From an uncultured Christensenellaceae bacterium (GTDB lineage Bacteria; Bacillota; Clostridia; Christensenellales; Borkfalkiaceae), in NCBI GenBank assembly GCA_910587625.1, contig CAJUMW010000002.1, forward strand, positions 86,002 through 150,001: a DNA stretch of 64,000 bases. The letters are read 5' to 3'. A program made the position numbers and the translations under genes. The notes beneath the pieces are model-generated. The model worked only from the letters and a program-made list of their open reading frames with translations. It ran no database searches and was not told the origin of the DNA. Every line of letters starts with the position of its first letter. Position 1 is the stretch's first letter. Positions 9,943 through 19,930 of this stretch are shown here, one piece after another.

Positions 9943-12263
9943 ATGAAAAACATAATAAAAATTTGCGGGCTCGATTGCGCCAACTGCGCAAGGGAGCTGG
10001 AAGAGGAGATTCAAAAGATAGACGGGGTTGCGGAAGCAACCGTCGACTTTATGGCTCAAAAGGTAATTTGCGATTGCGACGGCGCAACGCTTGAAAAAGT
10101 AAAGCATTGCTGCAACAACTTCGAGGACGTTAAGGTTGTAGAGGAAAATCCCACTCAAAGCCGAGCGTTTGGAGAAAAAATAAAGATAGCAAACTTATGC
10201 TGCGCCAACTGCGCGAGGGAACTCGAAGAGGAGTTGAATAAGCTTGAAGGGGTTCAAGCTACCGTCGATTTTGTCAATGCGAGGGTTGTTTTAAACGCGG
10301 ACTCGACAGACTCGCGCGAGAAGGCAATATATGCCATTACGCATTTCGAGGATGTGAAAATAGTCGACGGCAGCGAAAGAAAAAGGTCGTTTGTACGGGA
10401 GCATTTAAAGGATATAATCTGCATAATTATAGGCGCGCTGTTCTTTATACCCGTATTTATAATCGACGTTATGGGTCTAACCGAAAATAATTTTACGCTG
10501 CAAATAGTTTCGTATGTACTGTTTTCGGTTGCGTATATTTCTGTCGGGCACCCCGTGCTTATAAACACTGCAAAAAATATTATAAAAGGCAGAGTTTTCG
10601 ATGAAAACTTTTTGATGACTATTGCCTCGCTCGGCGCGATTGCGCTTGGTGTTTTTGCCGGTGACGGTTTTGCCGAGGGCGTGGCGGTAATGCTTTTGTA
10701 CCAGCTTGGAGAGCTGTTGCAGGCGGCGGCAGTCGGCTCGTCGCGCAATTCGATTTCGCAGCTTATGGATTTGAAGAGCGAGAGCGCGACTATTCTTGCA
10801 GACGGGGCTTGGCGCGTAGTATCACCCGAAGAGTTGAATATCGGGGATACGATATTAATCAAAGTCGGGGAAAAGGTGCCCGTAGACTGCCGAGTGACGG
10901 ACGGCGCAAGTTCGCTGGATATGAAGAGCCTCAACGGAGAAGCCCTGCCGCGTTCGGTAAAGGAAGGGGACGAAATTTGTCGGGGGTAATTCAAGCCGAG
11001 GTTATAAGGCGGTATTCCGACTCAGCGGTATCCAAAATACTCGAGCTTGTCGAAAACTCTACCGCCAAAAAGTCAAAGCCCGAAAAATTTATTTCTAAGT
11101 TTGCAAAGTATTACACTCCGCTTGTGTGCCTTGCGGCTGTAATTGTTGCCGCGCTGGTGCCCACGGTAATTTGCGCCGTGTCGGGCGGTTTCGGCTGGCC
11201 GGTCTATCGCGATTGGATATATAAGGCGCTCAACTTCCTTGTAATTTCCTGCCCGTGCGCGCTGGTTATTTCCGTGCCGCTTTCGTATTTCGGCGGTATC
11301 GGCAGATGCGCAAAATTCGGCATTCTCGTCAAGGGCTCGACCTGTATAGACGCGCTTGCGCTTGCAAAGGTTGCTGCATTCGACAAGACGGGTACGCTTA
11401 CGGAGGGCACTTTCGAGGTTGTTTCAAGCTCGTCAAAGCAGGCGCTCGAACTTGCGGCGGCGGCAGAAAAATATTCGTCGCACCCCATAGCCGCGGCGTT
11501 CAAAAAAATTGCGGTAACGGCGGAGGTCACGGATATAGAGGAAGTTGCCGGCAAGGGCGTAAAATGCAAGTTCGAGGGTAAACCTTTATTGTGCGGCAAC
11601 ATAAAACTGCTTTTGGAAAACGCAGTCGAGTGCGAGCCGCGCGACAGTCTGTCCACGGTGGTATACGTCGCGCTTGACGGAAAATTTGTCGGCTTTGTCG
11701 AAATTGACGACAAGATAAAGACCGACGCCGCGCAAGCTATTGCCGAGCTTAAAGGTTCGGGCGTGGAATACACCGCAATGCTTACTGGTGACAGGCGCGA
11801 GCGCGCGCAAGCCGTTGCTAACAGCGTGGGGCTGGACGGCTTTGACGCCGAGCTTTTGCCCGATGAAAAGTTGCGCATAGCCGAGTCGCTTAAACAGCGC
11901 GGCAAGCTTATATACGTCGGGGACGGAATAAACGACGCGCCCGTTATGACCGCGGCGGACTGTGCGGTTTCGATGGGTAAAGTGGGTTCGGACGCTGCCA
12001 TAGAGGCAAGCGATATTGTGCTTGTGTCCGACAATATAAATCTGTTGCCCAAGGGCAGAAAGATAGCCAAGGGAACACGCAGGCTTGTCATCGAAAACAT
12101 AGTCGGCTCACTGCTGGTCAAGGCAGTGATTATGGCGCTTAGCGTTGCGATAGCCGACTTTCCGCTTATCGTTTCGGTAGTGGCGGACGTGGGCGTAATG
12201 CTGCTTGCGGTGTTAAATTCGCTAAGGACAAATTTGATGGGCGGAAGCGGCAAAAAGCATTAA
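9943..12263 (+). pseudogene. Heavy-metal (Cd/Zn/Co-type) P1B-type ATPase, interrupted by a frameshift near 10975 (pseudogene or assembly error)
   Basis: Two N-terminal metal-binding-like domains (CGLDCANCARELE, NLCCANCARELE). Further motifs are SCPCALVIS (CPC), DKTGTLT and GDGINDAP. The reading frame changes from frame 1 (ends EGDEICRG* at 10989) to frame 3 (..NLSGVIQAEVIRRYSDSAVSKILELVEN..). Confidence 0.85.
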
Positions 12264-12287
12264 AAAATCAATGTAAAATTCAATCAA

Positions 12288-12326
12288 ATTCTGCAATTGT
12301 AATTCAAACGATTGCAGAATTTTTTT
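12288..12326 (+). terminator. Intrinsic terminator after the ATPase gene
   Basis: ATTCTGCAAT-tgtaattcaaacg-ATTGCAGAAT followed by TTTTTT. Confidence 0.75.
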
Positions 12327-12390
12327 GTATATGTTATCATTGTAATATACTTGTGAAAAACGAGTGAAAACGCAAAGGAGGTTCACTTTA

Positions 12391-14157
12391 ATGAGTGAAG
12401 AAACAAAGGAAGAAGTAGTTCCCGAAACCAACGAAGAAGTAGTTGCGGAAACTGCGGAAGGTACGCAAGCTGCGGTACAGAGTCCCTACAAGGGCTTTTT
12501 CGGAAAGGTGGATAACTTTTTCGGAATAACAAAAGCCAAGTCAAACTTTAAGGCTGAAATAGTAGCCGGTCTTACGACGTTTATGGCTATGGTTTACATT
12601 TTGATTGTAAACCCCAGCTTGTTCAGCAACATACCCGGTGTTTCTTTCCAGGGAATGTATATAGCGACCTCCGTAGGCGCGATTATAGGAACACTGCTTA
12701 TGGCGTTGCTTGCAAAAATGCCCCTTGCGCAAGCCTCGGGTATGGGCGTAAACGCGTTTGTAGTATTCAACCTTGTACTCGGCGGCGGTTTAAGCTATCC
12801 CAACGCAATGGTGTTCACTCTGCTCGACGGCGTAATTTTTATAATTTTGACCGCAACGGGACTGCGTAAATACATATTTACCGCTATACCCGACGAGGTG
12901 AAAAAAGCAATTACCGTCGGACTCGGTATGTTCATCGCGTTTATCGGTTTGCAGAATGCAAGCGTAGTTATCGACAACAGCTCGACGCTTGTTCAGCTTG
13001 TTTCGTTAAACGTGCTTGTAAGCAACCTTGTCACATACAGCGCAGGTACTGTCGGCGCAATGCTTCCCGCATTCGTTGCATTGGCGGGCGTAATTGCAAT
13101 AGCCGTGCTTTCGCACTACAAAGTTAAGGGCGCGATACTGTGGGGTATTCTCGGCTCGACCGTTTTGTTCTATGCTCTTGCGGGAATAGGCTGCCTTATC
13201 CCCGGCGCGGATTTGATTACATATACCGCTCCCGTAGCTTCGGAGTCGGCTCCTCTGTTCCTTGACGAAAGCCTTTCGTCGTATCTCTCCACAAATTGGA
13301 ACGCTATTACGGGCGTATACGACTACACTTTGACCAACGTTCCCAAAGAGGCGTTTGAAGCGGTGTTCGGCAATCTTGCGGAAACCGAGCTTCCCGTTTC
13401 GCACTTCTTTACCAACGGAGAGGCTTGCAAAGCTATATTCACAAATATTGCTTTCAGCAATCCCTTGGCGGCGTTCAGCGCGTGGGGTGTTGAGTCCGCA
13501 GGTAAGGTTTTCTATGAAGGCTTCGATTTCAGCGGCTACCTCGAAGTCGGCGGCAACACCGTAGGCTCGCTTATAGTTCTATTGATAACCTCGGCGCTTT
13601 CGCTTTGCATGCTCGATATGTTCGATACGCTGGGCACGCTTTACGGCGCATGCTCGAAGGGCGGACTTCTCGACGAAGAGGGCAACCCCTTGAATATGAA
13701 CAGATGTATGCTTTCCGACGCCATAGCAACGTGCTGCGGCGCAATTGCGGGAACTTCCACCGTAACCACCTTTGTCGAGTCGTCGGCAGGCGTGGCGGCA
13801 GGCGGCAAAACGGGCTTTACCTCACTTGTAACAGGGCTTTTGTTCCTTTTGGCAATGTTCTTAAGCCCCTTGGCGCAGTTAATCCCCTCGGCGGCAACGG
13901 CAACCGCGCTTATTTGGGTAGGCGTGCTTATGATGAGTTCCGTAACGGATATCGAGTGGACAAATCCTCTTGCGGCGCTTCCCGCATTCCTTACCATTGC
14001 GGTAATGGCGTTCGGCTATGAAATTTCATACGGTATCGGTATAGGCATTATTTCAAGCGTTATCGTAAGGGTTTGCGCAGGCAAGGTAAAGACGGTTTCC
14101 ATAGTTACCTGGATAATTGCCGCATTCTTCCTTGCAACGTTCATCTTTACCCACTGA
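12391..14157 (+). CDS. NCS2/AzgA-family purine (adenine/guanine/hypoxanthine) permease
   Basis: ATG at 12391 preceded by AAAGGAGG. FKAEIVAGLTTFMAMVYILIVNP and MLDMFDTLGTLYG blocks typical of AzgA/PbuG-like permeases. At least 12 hydrophobic segments. It sits next to adenine deaminase. Confidence 0.85.
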   Translation: MSEETKEEVVPETNEEVVAETAEGTQAAVQSPYKGFFGKVDNFFGITKAKSNFKAEIVAGLTTFMAMVYILIVNPSLFSNIPGVSFQGMYIATSVGAIIGTLLMALLAKMPLAQASGMGVNAFVVFNLVLGGGLSYPNAMVFTLLDGVIFIILTATGLRKYIFTAIPDEVKKAITVGLGMFIAFIGLQNASVVIDNSSTLVQLVSLNVLVSNLVTYSAGTVGAMLPAFVALAGVIAIAVLSHYKVKGAILWGILGSTVLFYALAGIGCLIPGADLITYTAPVASESAPLFLDESLSSYLSTNWNAITGVYDYTLTNVPKEAFEAVFGNLAETELPVSHFFTNGEACKAIFTNIAFSNPLAAFSAWGVESAGKVFYEGFDFSGYLEVGGNTVGSLIVLLITSALSLCMLDMFDTLGTLYGACSKGGLLDEEGNPLNMNRCMLSDAIATCCGAIAGTSTVTTFVESSAGVAAGGKTGFTSLVTGLLFLLAMFLSPLAQLIPSAATATALIWVGVLMMSSVTDIEWTNPLAALPAFLTIAVMAFGYEISYGIGIGIISSVIVRVCAGKVKTVSIVTWIIAAFFLATFIFTH

Positions 14158-14171
14158 TAAATAAACTTTTG

Positions 14172-14201
14172 TTGCCCTCGCCGTTGTTACTGCGAGGGCA
14201 A
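14172..14201 (+). terminator. Hairpin/terminator candidate after the permease gene
   Basis: TTGCCCTCG-ccgttgttactg-CGAGGGCAA followed by an AT-rich TTATATTTA tail (weak T-run). Confidence 0.5.
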
Positions 14202-14233
14202 TTATATTTAGAAATAAATAAGACAATGTTTTT

Positions 14234-14270
14234 ATTTGTTTCGCAGAATAGAAATAAATTTTTGTGAGAT
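14234..14270 (+). repeat. Copy 1 of a perfect 37-bp direct repeat
   Basis: ATTTGTTTCGCAGAATAGAAATAAATTTTTGTGAGAT, identical to 14428-14464. Confidence 0.95.
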
Positions 14271-14427
14271 TTCAAATTATCTACTGCGCGGCTAAAAATC
14301 GCACTTTTTAGACGGCGCACTCAATTTGCGCAAACTTGCGCCTCAGCGGGGTGAATTTGCGTGACTTAAAAATTGTGTGCCCTTAGCGGTCACGCAAAGA
14401 GGGCAAGCAGCCCTCGGGTCACGAAAA

Positions 14428-14464
14428 ATTTGTTTCGCAGAATAGAAATAAATTTTTGTGAGAT
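14428..14464 (+). repeat. Copy 2 of a perfect 37-bp direct repeat, ending 9 nt before the ade start codon
   Basis: Identical 37-mer. The two copies are separated by 157 bp of visibly more GC-rich, hairpin-rich sequence. Confidence 0.95.
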
Positions 14465-14473
14465 AGATTAATC

Positions 14474-16186
14474 ATGTTAGAAAAATATATAAAAGCTGCC
14501 CGTTGCGAAGTTGACAGCGATTTAGTATTAAAAAACGCGTCGTACGTCGACGTGTTCACGGCTAAGATAAGAAGGGGAGATATAGCAATAGTCGACGGAA
14601 AGATAGTCGGCATAGGCAGCTATAACGGAATTAAAGAAATAGACTGCACCGACTTTACCGTTTTGCCGGGATATATCGACGGACACGTCCATATCGAAAG
14701 TTCGCAGCTTTCCCCCGAGGAGTTTGCCTCGCTTATAGTTCCGCGCGGCACCACCACGATAATTGCCGACCCCCACGAAATAACCAACGTCTGCGGAATG
14801 GCAGGCTGCGAGTACATAGCAAACGCCTCTAAAAGCGTGCCGCTGGACGTAAAAATTCAGCTGCCCTCGTGCGTGCCCGCAACCCCGTTTGAAACGAGCG
14901 GCGCAATTTTAAACGGCAAGGACATAGAGCAAAACATAGGCAACGACTATATATTCGGCTTGGGAGAGTTTATGAACTACCCCGGCGTTATCTATTGCGA
15001 CGCCGACGTCATTCAAAAGCTCGAAGCCGCGCACAGCCGCGGCAAGGTAATCGACGGGCACGCGCCTGCCGTTTACGGCAACGACTTAAACGCATATCTC
15101 TGCGGCGGCATAACCACCGACCACGAGTGTGTAACCGAAGAAGAGATCGAAGAAAAAATTTCAAAGGGTATGTACGTCCATATCCGCCACGGCTCGTCCA
15201 CGCAAAACCTCGGCAACGCAAAGTACGTTACGGACGGCAATATGCGCCGTTTTCTGCTTTGCACAGACGACAGGCACGCGGCCGATTTAAAGGAAAAGGG
15301 ACACCTCGACGACGCGCTCAGGCGGCTTGTTGCCGAGGGTTTAAACCCCGTTACCGCCGTAATATGCGCCACTTTAAACGCTGCCGAGTGCTATAATTTA
15401 AAGTGGAAGGGCGCGATAGCTCCATTCTATACCGCCGACCTCGTTATAGTCGGGGATATGTCGCAGTTTAACGCCAAATACGTCATTAAGGACGGCAAAA
15501 TAGTTGCCAAAGACGGCGAGCCGCTATTCGACACTTCAAAGCGTTATCTGCCCGAAAACGTGCTTAACACCGTGCATTTGGGTGAGCTTAGCGAAAACTG
15601 TTTCAAGCTTACTTTAAAGGGCAAAAGAGCCAAGGCAATGACTATAGAGCCGGGCGGCGTTGTCACGGGCTGCGAAATTGTAGAGGTGGAAAGCCGCGAC
15701 GGGGACGTAGTGCTCGAAGGCACGGACTTGTTGAAGCTTACCGTTGTCGAACGCCACAAAATGACGGGCAACATAGGCAAGGCGCTGTTCAAGGGCTACG
15801 GCTTTAAGGGCGGAGCTATGGGCATAACGATAGCGCACGACTCGCACAATATAATTTTGCTCGGCGACGACAATAAAAGTATGGTAAAGGCATGCGCAAA
15901 GCTGAAAGAAATAGGCGGCGGCATGGTAATTGTCGACAAAAATTCGGGAGAAGTGCACTCGCTCACGCTGGATATTGCAGGGCTTATGTCCTCGCGCGAC
16001 GCCGACGGATTGCAGCGCGACAGCCGCGCGCTTATCGAACGCGCCCACTCGATGGGAGTAAAGCGCGACTACGAGGCGTTTATGTCCCTTGCGTTTTTGT
16101 CGCTTGCGGTAATACCCAAGCTTAAAATAACCGACGCAGGGCTTTTCGACGTCGAAAAATTTTCGTTTACCGATATCAACGCATAA
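14474..16186 (+). CDS. ade: Adenine deaminase
   Basis: 570 aa. Amidohydrolase metal site VLPGYIDGHVHIESS. Length and overall pattern match the Ade family. Confidence 0.9.
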   Translation: MLEKYIKAARCEVDSDLVLKNASYVDVFTAKIRRGDIAIVDGKIVGIGSYNGIKEIDCTDFTVLPGYIDGHVHIESSQLSPEEFASLIVPRGTTTIIADPHEITNVCGMAGCEYIANASKSVPLDVKIQLPSCVPATPFETSGAILNGKDIEQNIGNDYIFGLGEFMNYPGVIYCDADVIQKLEAAHSRGKVIDGHAPAVYGNDLNAYLCGGITTDHECVTEEEIEEKISKGMYVHIRHGSSTQNLGNAKYVTDGNMRRFLLCTDDRHAADLKEKGHLDDALRRLVAEGLNPVTAVICATLNAAECYNLKWKGAIAPFYTADLVIVGDMSQFNAKYVIKDGKIVAKDGEPLFDTSKRYLPENVLNTVHLGELSENCFKLTLKGKRAKAMTIEPGGVVTGCEIVEVESRDGDVVLEGTDLLKLTVVERHKMTGNIGKALFKGYGFKGGAMGITIAHDSHNIILLGDDNKSMVKACAKLKEIGGGMVIVDKNSGEVHSLTLDIAGLMSSRDADGLQRDSRALIERAHSMGVKRDYEAFMSLAFLSLAVIPKLKITDAGLFDVEKFSFTDINA

Positions 16187-16199
16187 TATATAACTTTAA

Positions 16200-16239
16200 A
16201 CGTGCGGGCAACAACACCGTTGTTGCCCGCACGTTTTTT
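16200..16239. terminator. Bidirectional intrinsic terminator
   Basis: ACGTGCGGGCAACAAC-acc-GTTGTTGCCCGCACGT followed by TTTTTT; a 16-bp stem between convergent genes. Confidence 0.8.
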
Positions 16240-16522
16240 AATTTTTTAAAAAGTTTAACAGTTGTTCTATCTGGTTAAGCTTGTCGTGCATTTGCCTTAT
16301 AACATTTTCTACTGCCTCAACTTCCCTCTTGGTTCTGTCAACGTCCTCCTCGAAAAATTCGCAGTTTTTTTGCAGCGCGCATTTATTTTTCTTTCTGCTT
16401 TCATAAAGCTCGGCGTTTGAGCAGTGCCCGCTGTTTAAATTTATAAATCTTGTGCCGTCTTTTGAATAGTAGTGCCGCAAATAATACCTGCATTTTTCGC
16501 ATTTAAAATCTTTGTCGTACAT
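16238..16522 (-). CDS. Small Cys-containing hypothetical protein
   Basis: 94 aa. CEKC..GHC..C pattern at the N-terminus and a helical acidic C-terminus. No family recognised. Confidence 0.55.
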   Translation of the reverse strand: MYDKDFKCEKCRYYLRHYYSKDGTRFINLNSGHCSNAELYESRKKNKCALQKNCEFFEEDVDRTKREVEAVENVIRQMHDKLNQIEQLLNFLKN

Positions 16523-16797
16523 AAAACCTCTAAATTATGTTGTTGAATAGTTTTGTTTTAAGCTATTTTACAACATATTTTTGCAAATGTCTTTAAGTAC
16601 AGAAAATTCTGTTACACAAAATACAAACTTATTAAAGCGATGATTATATCATATTCTTATTGTTTATATATAATTGTAGGTTTTTTTATAAAAATCGAGG
16701 GGAAACGGGTTTACTTATTTCTTATTTTATAGTACAATAATATTTGGCGGAAAATAAAAAACCGATTGACCGCAATAATTTTAAAAGGGTTTTAATT

Positions 16798-19700
16798 ATG
16801 GGACTTATCAAATTCATTTTCGGCGCAGATTCGAGAAGCGCGTTGAGAAAACTTAATAGACTTGCCGACAAGGTCGAAGAACTCGACCCCAAGTACTCGG
16901 CTATGGACGACGCCGAGCTTAAAAGCCAAACTCAAAAATTGAAGGACAGGCTTGCGGCAGGGGAAACGCTGGACGATATTATGTTCGACGCGTTTGCCGC
17001 GTTCAGGGAGGCAAGTTGGAGAGTTCTCGGAATGAAGCATTTCCACGTTCAGATTGTGGGCGGTATCTGCCTGCATCAGGGACGTATTGCCGAAATGAAG
17101 ACAGGTGAAGGTAAAACGCTTGTTTCTACCCTTCCCGCATATTTGAACGCACTAACGGGCAAGGGCGTGCACATTGTCACCGTCAACGACTACCTTGCTA
17201 AGCGCGACGCCGAGTGGATGGGTAAAGTTCACAAATTTATGGGGCTTACCGTCGGCGTAGTTGTGCCCGGTATGGACGACGCCGAAAAACAGAGGGCGTA
17301 CAAGTGCGACATTATTTACGCAACAAACAACGAGCTGGGCTTCGACTACCTTCGCGACAACCTCAAAACTTCGATATCCTCGATGGTTCAGCGCGAGCTT
17401 AACTACTGTATTATCGACGAGGTAGACTCGATTTTAATAGACGAAGCAAGAACGCCGCTTATCATTTCGGGCAAGGGCGGAGAAAGCTCGAAGCTCTACG
17501 AGGACGTGGATAAGTTTGTAAGAACGTTGAAGGGCGGTTTTGACGACGACAAAAAGGACGCCGAAAAGCACACTCCGTCAAAGAAGAAAAAGGAACTTTC
17601 CGACGAGGACAGGGCGGCTGAGGAAAAGCTGGCGGCAATTCTCGAAGAAATGGAGAATTGGGACTATATAATCGACAGAAAGGACAAGTCGGTAACTATT
17701 ACCGAAAAGGGCGCGGAAAAAGCCGAAAGGTTCTTCAATATCAAAAACCTCGGCGATATCGAAAACGCAGATTTGAACCACCACATTCAACAGGCGTTGA
17801 AGGCGCACGAGTTGTTCCACAACGGTGAGGAATACATTGTTTCGGGCGATGGGGAAATTTTGATAGTAGACGAGTTTACGGGCCGTGTTTTGAACGGCAG
17901 GCGCTATTCGGACGGACTTCATCAGGCAATCGAAGCCAAGGAAAAGGTCAAGGTCAAGGAAGAAAATAAAACTCACGCTACCGTTACTTTCCAAAACTAT
18001 TTCAGGTTGTATAAAAAGCTTGCGGGTATGACGGGTACGGCTATGACCGAGGAGGACGAGTTCAGAACTATCTATGCGCTCGACGTCGTTCCCATTCCCA
18101 CTAACAGACCCGTTCAGCGCGTCGATTACGCGGATATGATTTATTCCACGGTAGAGGGCAAAAAGCGCGCTATCGTAAACGAGGTTGTCGAGCGTCACGC
18201 AAAGGGACAGCCCATTCTTATCGGTACTATCACGGTCGAAAAGTCGGAAGAGATTTCAAGACTTTTGAGAAGAAACGGCGTAAAGCATAACATTCTGAAC
18301 GCAAAAAATCACGAGCGCGAAGCCGAAATAGTCGCGCAGGCAGGCAGGCTCAACCAATATGGCGGGGCGCGGCACCGATATTCTGCTTGGCGGCAACCCC
18401 GAGTATCTCGCTAAAAAGCGCATGAGGGAAGAGGGCTACGACCACGAAATGGTGGAAGTTGCTATCTCCTACGCCGACAGGGAGTTTACCGAGGAAGAGA
18501 AAACCGCCCGTGCAAGATATGCCGAGCTGTACGCCGCATATAAAAAGGAAACGGAAGCCGAAAAGCAGGAAGTTATCGCGGCAGGCGGACTTTGCATTTT
18601 AGGTACCGAGCGGCACGAGTCGCGCCGTATCGATAACCAGCTTCGAGGACGTGCGGGTCGTCAGGGTGACCCCGGCGCTTCGGTGTTCTTTATTTCGCTC
18701 GAGGACGACCTTGCAAAGAGGTTTGGCGGAGAGAGCATGAAGAGGCTGTATGCCACATTCAAGATTGACGAGGACACCTGTCTGCAATCGAAGATGCTTA
18801 CAAGAAGCATCGAGGGTGCGCAAAAAGCCATAGAGGGCAGAAACTTCGGTATCAGAAAGCACACGCTGCAATACGACGAGGTTATGAACGAGCAGCGTAA
18901 AACTATGTATGCCGAAAGGTTAAACGTTTTAAAGGGCGCCGACGTTCACGGACAAATGCTTAAATATATTCCCGACTATATAGCAAAGGTCGTCGGGGAA
19001 ACGGTAAATACCGACGCGTTGCCCGAAAAGTGGGACGAAAACGCGCTTAACGCCGCGCTTCAACAGAAGGTATATCCCGACGAGTGCAACTTTGTTATCA
19101 CCCGTGAAATGTTGGAAAAGTGGGACACCGAAACCGCTATGCAGAAAATTACCGAAGCGGTCATAGCCTCCTACGAGCAGAAAATTTACAATATCGGAGA
19201 GATGACAGACGGTCAGGTCGACTATCATCAGGTAGAGAGAAACGAGCTGTTGCGCAGCGTTGACAGAAACTGGATTGACCATATCGACGCTATGGACCAG
19301 CTCAGAAAGGGTATCGGGCTTCGCGGTTACGCCCAGCAAGACCCCGTAATTTCCTACAAGCAGGAAGGTTACGAAATGTTCGAAGAGATGATCGACCGCA
19401 TTCAGACCACTACAATTTCAAGGCTTTTAAAGGGCAGAATCGTGCGCATTCAGCAGCAGCCCCGTCAAAGACCCGACGTAAGGCGCGCGCCGCAGCCCCG
19501 ACAGGAGCAGGCAGGCGAACAGTCCGCGCCTCCCCGTCCTATGCCTCCGCAGCTTCCTCCCGAGCTTATCGAAAAGGCAAGGGAGCTTATGGCAAAGAGG
19601 TTGAAGGAACACGAGGAGGCTATGAAGCAACAGGCGCAGAACGCCGAAACCGAAGATAGCGGCAACGCCGAGCAGCAGAGTAAAGCTTCTAACGGCGGCC

Positions 19701-19870
19701 CCGTCATAGGTGACGCGCCCGAAGCGCCCACCGACCTTATGGCTAATATCGGCGGCAAACAGCTTCCCAAAGTTGCGCAAAAGAACACCAAGATAGGCAG
19801 AAACGACCCCTGCCCTTGCGGAAGCGGCAAGAAGTATAAGGACTGCTGTTATTGGAAAGACCACAAGTAA
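16798..19870 (+). pseudogene. secA: Preprotein translocase ATPase SecA, interrupted by a frameshift at about 18350 (assembly error or pseudogene)
   Basis: The ATG at 16798 gives MGLIKFIFG... [10 protein letters not shown] (Walker A) and [19 protein letters not shown] (DEAD-like) are present. ORF1 ends ..[11 protein letters not shown].. and ORF2 restarts at [14 protein letters not shown]-terminal zinc motif CPCGSGKKYKDCC. Confidence 0.9.
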
Positions 19871-19930
19871 AAAGTTCACGAAAATTGCGACGTTTAAGTA
19901 TGTCGCGATTTTCAATTAATTAGGTAGAAT

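Noticed and set aside
10254-12253. Long antisense ORFs lie within conserved genes (for example 10254-10994 and 11204-12253 in the ATPase; 45709-46503 in Hsp70-1; 59790-60461; 33104-33553).
   Set aside because: They lie opposite well-supported conserved genes. Their Ser/Ala/Arg-rich low-complexity translations are typical of antisense frames, and they have no SD sequences or recognisable motifs.
14234-14464. The 37-bp perfect repeats could be read as a two-repeat CRISPR array.
   Set aside because: The single spacer would be 157 bp, far longer than CRISPR spacers. There are only two copies, no cas genes lie nearby, and the repeat is AT-rich without the usual partial palindrome.
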